A stretch of DNA of 25,756 bases from the IMG/VR virus record IMGVR_UViG_3300023293_000085, positions 1-25,756 of that record; one strand, written 5' to 3'. This document shows positions 17,479 to 24,207 of this stretch, piece after piece (within the stretch, counting starts at the first letter, position 1; each line of letters begins with the position of its first letter). Made by a program: the position numbers and the translations under genes. This DNA is from a virus. Its lineage: Duplodnaviria > Caudoviricetes. The notes beneath the pieces were generated by a model, which saw only the letters and a program-made list of their open reading frames with translations, was not told the origin of the DNA and did no database searches.

Positions 17479-18348
17479 TTAATTTTTTAATAATGATAGT
17501 AATGTTTTATTTAATTCTCCCTGCGGCTTCTCGACCTTTGGAAGTGTCTTATCGACGGCTTCACCTTCTTGAAGTGCTTTAACTTGGTTACAAAAATGCA
17601 AAAAGTTTTCCTTTGATGGATTGCTTTTCACTAATTCGCTTAATATGTTGATAGACTCAAAGTCTAATTTTTTATTCTCTAGTGTTGGTGTTAATTCGTT
17701 TGAACCTTGAATTACGCAGCTTATCTCAATTAGTTTGGCTTCTAACACCGCCCAAAAATATCCTTGTCCTTCTGCCTTTTCAATGTTGATTACGTCACCC
17801 TTGTAACGCTCCCAATTGGCAAACTCTTCTTTTTCTTCTGAATCATTTACACAAAGTTCTAGCTTCACATATTGCATCCCTACAGAATGTTGGTCTATCT
17901 CCCCATTCAAATAATCTTTGAAGATATTAGCGTTTCTTTCTTTCTCTATTTTAGTGTCCATTAATAACGCTGTAGCTGAACCAGCCACTTTTAAACCAAC
18001 ATCAGACCACTGGACTTCTTTTTCATACACTCTTACAGGGCTTCCAACTTTCGCAGCTAATTCGTGTACGTGGTCGTGTAAATGCAAAACTCTGGTTCCG
18101 TTCTCCTTGATTGATTTTGAAAATATTCCTTTGATGTGAACGTCGTCGTGCGAATCCATGAATCCGTAGGTGTTACCGACAATTGTTCGATAAATTTCGG
18201 TTGCTGTATCGTTGTTAGAACCATCGGCTTTAGTTGTTATTTGTTTAGTGCTATCGAAATCAACAACATCAGCCTTTTTTAATTGGGCTTTCTTTAGGCG
18301 CATCAACTCCGCTTTATTTATGACTAATTCTTTTAGATTCTTTTTCAT
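17479..18348 (-). CDS. Prohead maturation protease (HK97-type, divergent)
   Basis: DSHDDVHIKGIFSKSI, LHDH, HSVGM and LIEISCVIQGSN; lies between portal and capsid. Confidence 0.8.
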   Translation of the reverse strand: MKKNLKELVINKAELMRLKKAQLKKADVVDFDSTKQITTKADGSNNDTATEIYRTIVGNTYGFMDSHDDVHIKGIFSKSIKENGTRVLHLHDHVHELAAKVGSPVRVYEKEVQWSDVGLKVAGSATALLMDTKIEKERNANIFKDYLNGEIDQHSVGMQYVKLELCVNDSEEKEEFANWERYKGDVINIEKAEGQGYFWAVLEAKLIEISCVIQGSNELTPTLENKKLDFESINILSELVKSNPSKENFLHFCNQVKALQEGEAVDKTLPKVEKPQGELNKTLLSLLKN

Positions 18349-18440
18349 TTCCGAATGATTTTGTTATTCTCTAACGCTTTCTTTTTAGCTGTTTTCAACT
18401 TCTCCAGCTTGTCTTTGTCTATCTTAACTTTGTCTTGCAT
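18345..18440 (-). CDS. 31-aa Lys-rich peptide between portal and protease
   Basis: MQDKVKIDKDKLEKLKTAKKKALENNKIIRK; starts inside the portal 3' end and its TGA overlaps the protease ATG (ATGA). Confidence 0.55.
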   Translation of the reverse strand: MQDKVKIDKDKLEKLKTAKKKALENNKIIRK

Positions 18441-19644
18441 TGCTTCTCCCCCTTGTTGCGGTGTTCATTTCTGTGGTCGCTATTTCTTCTAATCCGATTT
18501 CAAGCCTAGCTTCATTAGGTGTAATTATACCTTCCTTAACGTCTTCTCTGGCTTCCTTTCGTCGTTCCGTTGGACTTGGATTAAGCGCTTCAATTTCCGA
18601 CTTGTTTACTCTTAGCCCGAAATTACCAAACTTCGATAAAAATTGCCTATCGTATGAACTGGCTATCTTGCTGAACATTGGAATAAATACCTCTGTAGCT
18701 GCTTCTTTCTTTGCTTCTTTGATGTTGTTATACGTTGCGCTTGCGTTGTCATTAACAAGTACTGAAGGAAAACCCCATATTGCGGAAAGTTCGCGGATCA
18801 ATTGAGTTTTATTTTCAATTGTCTGCATATCGGTTGATGATGCGTTAAGCTGCTGAACGTTAACTGGAGAGCTAATAACGTGCATTCTGTTTGATTTATG
18901 CGCTCCACCTATTACCCGATTCAATGCCTTTTGGAGAAATGATTGGTCACTTGGTTTAAGGCTTTGACCGTCTGAACCGCCTCCACTTACTAAAGCGGAA
19001 ACACCTCTATTTTCAAAGTATTCGCTTAGGGCAACTTCGATATTATTGGATGCATTTAATAGATTTTGTGCTGCTTGAAGTGGGCTTAATCCGTTGCGCG
19101 TTTGCAAACCGTCAATTGATGGGTTATTCATTGCCACGTGCATCACTGAATCTGGAAGTAGTGGCTTACTTGCTATCCCATCGTTGAAATGGTAGCTTGA
19201 AATCTCGCTAATTATGCTCTGGCTGGTTGTCTTTATCTCCATTGATTGAGGAGGTAAAACTAACTGCCGGCCACCCATAAAGCCAATACTATTAACGTCG
19301 TTGTAAATATAGCATTCACCAGTTAACGCGTAAAAAGTGGTTAGCTGCTCCCAAAATTCAATGAAGGATTGATCTTTATTTGGTGTAAATACAAAGTCGT
19401 AAGCCTCGCCCGAAGTGATTTCTTCACCTGTTGCTTTGTCGTATAGTTCAACGGGTAACGTAGATACTCCCGTGCTAATTCGTTTGATGATGGTGTAAAC
19501 AACTGCGGAACACAAATAACCGTTCTTAATAGCGTCCTCATCGCTGATGGCGTTACTGTTTAGGCTTGAGCCTATCTTAAAGAACTCATCCGTAAATGAT
19601 GCCGTTTGCCTTCTTAACTCTCTACCGATATCATTAAACGCCAT
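18424..19644 (-). CDS. Portal protein (HK97/lambda-like family)
   Basis: VYTIIKRISTGVSTLP, LTGECY, GLSPLQAA, ATYNN and GIITPNEAR. Start moved to the ATG at 19644 because the track's TTG at 19662 lies inside a -7 element. Confidence 0.93.
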   Translation of the reverse strand: MAFNDIGRELRRQTASFTDEFFKIGSSLNSNAISDEDAIKNGYLCSAVVYTIIKRISTGVSTLPVELYDKATGEEITSGEAYDFVFTPNKDQSFIEFWEQLTTFYALTGECYIYNDVNSIGFMGGRQLVLPPQSMEIKTTSQSIISEISSYHFNDGIASKPLLPDSVMHVAMNNPSIDGLQTRNGLSPLQAAQNLLNASNNIEVALSEYFENRGVSALVSGGGSDGQSLKPSDQSFLQKALNRVIGGAHKSNRMHVISSPVNVQQLNASSTDMQTIENKTQLIRELSAIWGFPSVLVNDNASATYNNIKEAKKEAATEVFIPMFSKIASSYDRQFLSKFGNFGLRVNKSEIEALNPSPTERRKEAREDVKEGIITPNEARLEIGLEEIATTEMNTATRGRSNARQS

Positions 19645-19659
19645 ATTAAACAGTTTTGG

Positions 19660-19667
19660 CAAAATTA
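19660..19667 (-). promoter_or_regulatory. -7 element for the portal-protease-capsid operon
   Basis: TAATTTTG ends 15 nt before the ATG at 19644. Confidence 0.6.
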
Positions 19668-19728
19668 ACCAAAAAAAATGTAATAGTTATTTCAGTTATG
19701 ATATGGAATAAATTTGATTAAGACTAAG

Positions 19729-19941
19729 TTATTTAGCATTAGAAGTTAGTGAGAATTTTGTTTGCCCCATATCCGAATGTGTAAATTTATATTCTAAACT
19801 ACATTTATCGCAGTTAAAAATATCAACCCAACCATTATTTTCTGATCTTGTTTTTATAAGACTTCCCTCATTACATTCGATGCATTTTTTTGAGTTAGAA
19901 GTCCATTTAGTTTTAACGTCTTTTAGTGTGTATGATTTCAT
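19729..19941 (-). CDS. Small zinc-ribbon protein
   Basis: 70 aa with CIEC and CDKC motifs; A-rich upstream region. Confidence 0.65.
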   Translation of the reverse strand: MKSYTLKDVKTKWTSNSKKCIECNEGSLIKTRSENNGWVDIFNCDKCSLEYKFTHSDMGQTKFSLTSNAK

Positions 19942-19996
19942 AATTTACATTTGTTTTTTAGTTAATTTAAAAGAATCTAAAAATAAATATAAGTAA

Positions 19997-20095
19997 TGTG
20001 AGTGGCTGGAGTCGAACCAACAAGTCTTTGCGTGTCACTCGCACCTACCGACTACTCTTGGAGTGAGATAGCGTTTACCGTTGCGCCACACCCAC
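19997..20095 (-). ncRNA. tRNA-like RNA (class II/Leu-like frame, non-canonical anticodon arm, no encoded CCA)
   Basis: Acceptor GTGGGTG/CACTCAC plus A; T8 G9; D arm GCG-CAACGGTAAA-CGC; T arm GTTGG-TTCGACT-CCAGC; 49 nt between the D and T arms. Confidence 0.75.
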
Positions 20096-20113
20096 ATACT
20101 CATATTCAAATCA

Positions 20114-20296
20114 TTACATTTCTTTTTTAGTTAATTCAAAACCTTTTGATGTATAGGTGTTAACTCCTTTTCCTTTGGTTTGTTTCGCGTAGTTGTAGTT
20201 AATCCCAGCCAATTCACACGCTTGTTTAAATGATCGCACCTCCGTTTGCATTCCTGTTGCAATGTTCGTTAGTTTCCAATATGATATTTTAGGCAT
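20114..20296 (-). CDS. 60-aa NUMOD1/HTH-like putative DNA-binding protein
   Basis: Beta-beta-helix pattern WKLTNIATG..TEVRSFKQACELAGINY; similar to 23089..23271. Confidence 0.6.
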   Translation of the reverse strand: MPKISYWKLTNIATGMQTEVRSFKQACELAGINYNYAKQTKGKGVNTYTSKGFELTKKEM

Positions 20297-20316
20297 TGTC
20301 TTGAAGTTTTAGACTG

Positions 20317-20382
20317 CTAAAGTAATACTTTTTAGATAGTATTAGTATTATTATTGTACTTTTTTACGGTTAAAAAGTATTA
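20317..20382 (-). promoter_or_regulatory. Variant -7 element (TACTTTAG) overlapped by a 12-bp inverted repeat and AGTATTA repeats
   Basis: TAATACTTTTTA (20323-20334) / TAAAAAGTATTA (20371-20382); AGTATTA also at 20338 and 20344; CTAAAGTA at 20317-20324 on the plus strand. Confidence 0.5.
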
Positions 20383-20386
20383 TTCT

Positions 20387-21574
20387 CTACATATTCCATA
20401 GATGCCATTGGGTGTAGGCATAACGTAAAGCATCAATGATATGGTTATCTGCGTCTTTTGGTATCTCAGCGCGTTTGTCGTTCCAAACGTAACTATTCAG
20501 CTCTTTTTCTAGGTCTGGGCTATCATCTACAACGATTAGATACTCCTGGAGCCATCGCAAACCCTGCACTATTCCGCCTTTTTTGTAGCATTTTACCGCA
20601 TTAAAGTTGGCCCTTCTTAACTGGTCAATGTTTAAAGGCTCGGCATTATCGCAAACAATGAAATCATCTGGCTTAATATTATTCTCGCAAAAAGTTAGGA
20701 TTTCAGGCATTGCGATATTCGTACCGTATAGCATTTGCTTTGCATAGATAATTTTCTTATCCCTATCAACCGCAATTTTAACTATTGCCATTGGGTGTGT
20801 CCAGCCCCAATCAAGGCCGTACATGAATACTAATTCGTCGTTGAATTTACCTCTATTCCAATTGGTAAATATTTGTCCTTCTGCGCCTCCCGTCATACCC
20901 AGACCGTAAACCTTCCACTTATTAGCAAAGAATTTATTCTTGATGTTGGCCGTACTGAATAGGTCCTTTTTGTTTTGATCAAAAAAACCGCGCTCTAGGT
21001 AGCTTAATAGATTTCTCTTTTCTTCTTCTGGAATAAATTCATTGTCCAAAAACGTTAATGCAATGAAGTTTTCTTTGGTTACATAATCATGCGCCCAAAA
21101 TTCTGAATCACTGTTAAAATCAATGATTGTTTTCTTGGCTCTTAAAGAAATATCTACATACTTTTCATGGGTTATCTTATTAGCCTCATTGATATAGATT
21201 AAATCGCGCCTTCTACCTTTTCCAATGTCGGCTTTATCCAGACCAATAAATTCAATAAAGCCAGTAACCCCGCGATTAAACGTAAACCTTGATTTATTTT
21301 CATTCCACCTTCCACTGTACCAAAGTCCGTAATCAATTAATATTTTCTTAAAATCATCAAATGCGGTATCCATTAACTTAGTCCGCTCGAAGGAGCAAAT
21401 AGTTATTTCTTTATTAGGATTCTGGTTAAACCAGTCAATAATAAGCATCTCAATGCCTATTGTCTTTCCAGCACCTCCACCGCCTTGAATGATCGCTAAA
21501 TCATCAACTGACTTGACTAATTTGGAAATCTTTTTAAGCGCTACAGTAGGCTTATAGTCGTAGGTGTACTTCAT
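20387..21574 (-). CDS. terL: Terminase large subunit (PBSX/SPP1-like)
   Basis: Walker A QGGGGAGKT, Walker B LIYINEAN, TFLDNEF, WKVYGLG, nuclease motifs YGLDWGWTHP and DADNHIIDALRYA. Confidence 0.95.
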   Translation of the reverse strand: MKYTYDYKPTVALKKISKLVKSVDDLAIIQGGGGAGKTIGIEMLIIDWFNQNPNKEITICSFERTKLMDTAFDDFKKILIDYGLWYSGRWNENKSRFTFNRGVTGFIEFIGLDKADIGKGRRRDLIYINEANKITHEKYVDISLRAKKTIIDFNSDSEFWAHDYVTKENFIALTFLDNEFIPEEEKRNLLSYLERGFFDQNKKDLFSTANIKNKFFANKWKVYGLGMTGGAEGQIFTNWNRGKFNDELVFMYGLDWGWTHPMAIVKIAVDRDKKIIYAKQMLYGTNIAMPEILTFCENNIKPDDFIVCDNAEPLNIDQLRRANFNAVKCYKKGGIVQGLRWLQEYLIVVDDSPDLEKELNSYVWNDKRAEIPKDADNHIIDALRYAYTQWHLWNM

Positions 21575-22011
21575 TACAGACTATCATCACCAAAAATAGG
21601 TGCAGGCTTGCTAATAGTTATTTCGGAATTATCTTTTAGTCCTAAATCCCTAGCTATTATGCTCGCATTGAACGCTCCAACTGAAGCACCTTCAAGTTTT
21701 TGAGTGTAAATAACATCCTCTACACGTGTGATGACCCCAAAAAAATCTTTCTTTTCTTTATAGTTAAACCACGTGCCCTCTACAATATCAAGGAAGATAT
21801 ATAGCCCTGTTTTCGTGTATGGTGTTGTTTGGTCTACTATGCACCTCTCAGCATCTTTTCCATGAAATTCTACTTTCTCCCATTTCCGCTTATCCGTAGC
21901 CTCGAAATATTCTAGTGAGGCTTCCCATAGTTGCTCTGGTGTTTCAAACTTTGGATTTCTTCCGTGTGAGCTTCTTAGCCTCCACCATTCGTTGCCTTTT
22001 GTTGCTCCCAT
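21574..22011 (-). CDS. terS: Terminase small subunit (P22 gp3-like DNA-packaging protein)
   Basis: MGATKGNEWWRLRSSHGRNPKFETPEQLW, PYTKTGLYIFL and FNASIIARDLGL resemble P22 gp3. Start placed at the ATG at 22011 (TAATG overlap with the upstream stop). Confidence 0.9.
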   Translation of the reverse strand: MGATKGNEWWRLRSSHGRNPKFETPEQLWEASLEYFEATDKRKWEKVEFHGKDAERCIVDQTTPYTKTGLYIFLDIVEGTWFNYKEKKDFFGVITRVEDVIYTQKLEGASVGAFNASIIARDLGLKDNSEITISKPAPIFGDDSL

Positions 22012-22352
22012 TACTTGCATCTTTTATGAAGCGTTCTTTTTGCTTCTATTGGTGTACCGTTTACTATGAACGTACCATACTCAGGACTATCGACTATTCT
22101 TTCTATTGCCTTGTCTCCGCATTCTAGTTTAGTCTCCAGATCAACCGTTTCAATGTTAAATCCGTGTTTGTAATGATAGTAATAAGTACAATCATAGCAT
22201 TTCTCCGGTCCTTTCTTCTTGCAGCTGGTAAACAGTATTGAACCTATTGCAGCGATGATTACAATCGTTACAAATGTTGCAACCGCTTTGGTAAGCCTTT
22301 TGTTAACTAAGTCCATTACTCTGTTCATTTCGTTAAATTGTTGTTCTTTCAT
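22011..22352 (-). CDS. Putative lipoprotein
   Basis: Hydrophobic stretch ending in lipobox-like LFTS-C, then KKKGPEKCYDC; four further cysteines after the lipobox Cys. Confidence 0.65.
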   Translation of the reverse strand: MKEQQFNEMNRVMDLVNKRLTKAVATFVTIVIIAAIGSILFTSCKKKGPEKCYDCTYYYHYKHGFNIETVDLETKLECGDKAIERIVDSPEYGTFIVNGTPIEAKRTLHKRCK

Positions 22353-22357
22353 AATGT

Positions 22358-22365
22358 CAAATTTA
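22358..22365 (-). promoter_or_regulatory. -7 element, 5 nt before the ATG of the lipoprotein-terS-terL unit
   Basis: Minus strand reads TAAATTTG-ACATT-ATG (ATG at 22352). Confidence 0.55.
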
Positions 22366-22392
22366 GTTATAAATTTATTAGTGTTTTTTTGT

Positions 22393-22728
22393 TTAGTCTA
22401 TTAGCGTGCAATTAAAACCACCTGTTATTTTTTGAAATTCTTTTTCAGTTATAAATCTAATGTCTTTTACTTTTACTGGTTTTGACCATACGCAATAACT
22501 ATCAAGGCTCATCATAGCCACCTTAGATTCTCCAACCGCGCAAAGCATATTCGTTGAATCTCCAAAAGTAAAATACTGACCTATGCTGTAGGTTCTTTCA
22601 TCCTCTATGCCGTTAGCAATTACCGCTAATGCTTTGATTTCCTTCTTCAGCTTTTTTACACTCAGTTTGAATTTGTTTAGTAGTATTTTATTCTCGTTGA
22701 TTTGCTGTGCTGCTTCTTGTTTTGTCAT
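22393..22728 (-). CDS. Hypothetical phage protein (N-terminal coiled coil)
   Basis: 111-aa ORF with an ATGA overlap with the upstream gene. Confidence 0.65.
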   Translation of the reverse strand: MTKQEAAQQINENKILLNKFKLSVKKLKKEIKALAVIANGIEDERTYSIGQYFTFGDSTNMLCAVGESKVAMMSLDSYCVWSKPVKVKDIRFITEKEFQKITGGFNCTLID

Positions 22729-22970
22729 TTCGTTTCGTTTAGTATTTCGTTTAGTGTTTCGTTTGCGTTTTTTATTGCTTCTGATTTAAATTTATAGGCG
22801 TATAATCCTATACCAAAAGAATAAAAAAAATCTTGATAAACGCCCCATTTCATCGAGTCAGGCAATGACTCAAATGCAAAGCTCTGAAGGATTTCCTCAT
22901 AATCTTGGTAGTCCTCCCCTCTTACAAGCCATGTATTAAAATCTTGTTTTGCTTTTCCCGTTAACTTCAT
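22725..22970 (-). CDS. Hypothetical phage protein
   Basis: 81 aa, MKLTGKAKQDFNTWL...WGVYQDFF; ATGA overlaps at both ends. Confidence 0.7.
   Translation of the reverse strand: MKLTGKAKQDFNTWLVRGEDYQDYEEILQSFAFESLPDSMKWGVYQDFFYSFGIGLYAYKFKSEAIKNANETLNEILNETK
22734..22765. repeat. Imperfect 12-nt tandem repeat (TTTCGTTTAGTR, about 2.7 copies)
   Basis: Plus strand tttcgtttagta-tttcgtttagtg-tttcgttt, preceded by one more tttcg; encodes NETLNEILNETK. Confidence 0.55.
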
Positions 22971-23074
22971 TTCTTTTGATTTAGTTCTTTTTCAATTTTA
23001 CAGTGATTGCATTCTTCTGTAGTTATTTCAGATTTGCATTTTTCGCATTCAAATGTTGCTTTTATTTCGCTCAT
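22967..23074 (-). CDS. 35-aa zinc-ribbon mini-protein (below the ORF-track size cut-off)
   Basis: MSEIKATFECEKCKSEITTEECNHCKIEKELNQKK; two CxxC motifs; ATGA overlap with the next gene. Confidence 0.6.
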   Translation of the reverse strand: MSEIKATFECEKCKSEITTEECNHCKIEKELNQKK

Positions 23075-23088
23075 TTCGTTTTATTTAG

Positions 23089-23271
23089 TTATTTCTTTAG
23101 TTCCAGCTGCTCGATTTTCAACTTAGTAGTGTCAACCGTTTTGGTTTTGGTTTTGGATCGTTTGTTTAATTCGCTGCCGTAGTTTAGACCTGCTATTTTG
23201 CAAGCTGTTTTAAAGGTCTTGCACTCTTTACTTTCTCCGCTTTCCTTGAATGTTATTTTGTGGTATTTCAT
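23089..23271 (-). CDS. 60-aa NUMOD1/HTH-like putative DNA-binding protein
   Basis: YHKITFKESGESKECKTFKTACKIAGLNY aligns by eye with 20114..20296. Confidence 0.6.
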   Translation of the reverse strand: MKYHKITFKESGESKECKTFKTACKIAGLNYGSELNKRSKTKTKTVDTTKLKIEQLELKK

Positions 23272-23284
23272 TTTAGTATTTAAT

Positions 23285-23302
23285 GGGGGCTTTTACACCC
23301 CC
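23285..23302 (-). other. GC-rich intergenic hairpin without a U-tail
   Basis: Minus strand GGGGGT-GTAAAA-GCCCCC between two small genes, ending 13 nt before the next ATG. Confidence 0.55.
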
Positions 23303-23306
23303 GTTT

Positions 23307-23483
23307 TTATTTTAGTTTATTAGTAGCCCATTTTTTAGAAGCGTTTATGCTTGAATAAGTTTTTGACTCTAAAACCTGTTCTTGTCCGTTATAAATTTGG
23401 ACATACATACAAATAAAAGATTTAGCTTCATTATTTGTAATGTTTACCGCTTTTGTTCCTGTTGTGTTTGTTATAGTTGTCAT
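23307..23483 (-). CDS. 58-aa hypothetical protein (below the ORF-track size cut-off)
   Basis: MTTITNTTGTKAVNITNNEAKSFICMYVQIYNGQEQVLESKTYSSINASKKWATNKLK; first gene after a -33/-7 promoter with an A-rich leader. Confidence 0.7.
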   Translation of the reverse strand: MTTITNTTGTKAVNITNNEAKSFICMYVQIYNGQEQVLESKTYSSINASKKWATNKLK

Positions 23484-23502
23484 TTCGTTTTGTTTTAGAA
23501 GT

Positions 23503-23531
23503 CAAATATACTCCTTTTATTATATAAACAA
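23503..23531 (-). promoter_or_regulatory. Bacteroidota sigma-A-type promoter (TTG ... TATATTTG)
   Basis: TATATTTG at 23503-23510 and TTG at 23529-23531 (18-nt spacer); CCTTTTA direct repeats at 23513 and 23533. Confidence 0.65.
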
Positions 23532-23674
23532 CCCTTTTAATAATATTTATTTAGATTTTATTATCTAAACCCGTTGGAAATGTAATACTGGAGCGGGTTT
23601 CTGTGGGTGAAATAAATGATTAGTTTTGTTTCTTCGTTCGTGCATTGCGCATATTTAGTTTGTTTTTAGGCTTG

Positions 23675-23701
23675 AAGCCCTCGTTTATTCGGGGGTTTTT
23701 T
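23675..23701 (+). terminator. Intrinsic terminator oriented for plus-strand transcription
   Basis: AAGCCCTCG-TTTATT-CGGGGGTTTTTT; the G-U pairs and T-run work on the plus strand only. Confidence 0.55.
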
Positions 23702-23846
23702 GTTGGTTAAATTCTTGATTTATGGCTTCTATGCAGTCATTAATAGCGTCGGTATATGCGTATGCGTAAACTTCTCCAGCTTCTTCTTTTTGCTGAATAG
23801 TTAGCCGTTTTGATCTAATTGCTTTTAATATTGTTTCCTTGTCCAT
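23685..23846 (-). CDS. 53-aa hypothetical protein (below the ORF-track size cut-off)
   Basis: MDKETILKAIRSKRLTIQQKEEAGEVYAYAYTDAINDCIEAINQEFNQQKTPE; A-rich region before the ATG. Confidence 0.6.
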   Translation of the reverse strand: MDKETILKAIRSKRLTIQQKEEAGEVYAYAYTDAINDCIEAINQEFNQQKTPE

Positions 23847-23873
23847 TATTTTTTGTTGGTGTTAACTGTATAA

Positions 23874-24137
23874 TTAATACAGTAGTTGTATAACAATTCT
23901 TAGGTTTTCTCTCTTATTGCCATGTTCATTCACCATACTATCAACATATTCTTTAGCCCCTTCTTCGCCTCTAAAATGCTCGCAGCTTCCCCAAATTCGA
24001 CCAATCTTCATTTCAACAATAAACGCCCACCGTTTTTCTATGTTTTCCTTGTAATATTTTTCAGCTTCTTTCATTGTGCTAAAGCCTAATAATTCCAAAG
24101 CCCATTGATCTCCATCTTGTACTAAATCGTATTGCAT
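23874..24137 (-). CDS. Hypothetical phage protein
   Basis: 87-aa ORF with a possible internal duplication (FSTMKEAEKYY / FRGEEGAKEYV). Confidence 0.65.
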   Translation of the reverse strand: MQYDLVQDGDQWALELLGFSTMKEAEKYYKENIEKRWAFIVEMKIGRIWGSCEHFRGEEGAKEYVDSMVNEHGNKRENLRIVIQLLY

Positions 24138-24207
24138 CTTTTTTAATTTAACTCGTTAATATTATCTGTGTTACCTTTTTCTAAATTGTTGGTATAAACC
24201 AATAAAA

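Noticed and set aside
19341-19541. Minus-strand 66-aa ORF inside the portal gene, and the similar 11915..12145 ORF inside the tape measure region
   Set aside because: Nested in other frames of long conserved genes, with no motif or start signal.
19645-19662. TTG start for the portal at 19662
   Set aside because: The TTG is part of the TAATTTTG -7 element, so it is probably not transcribed; the ATG at 19644 is preferred.
19997-20095. Calling this a functional tRNA-Leu(CAA), tRNA-Trp(CCA), tRNA-Gly(TCC) or tRNA-Sec
   Set aside because: No register gives both a 5-bp stem and a 7-nt loop with U33, and there is no TCA anticodon loop or long D stem for Sec; reported as tRNA-like only.
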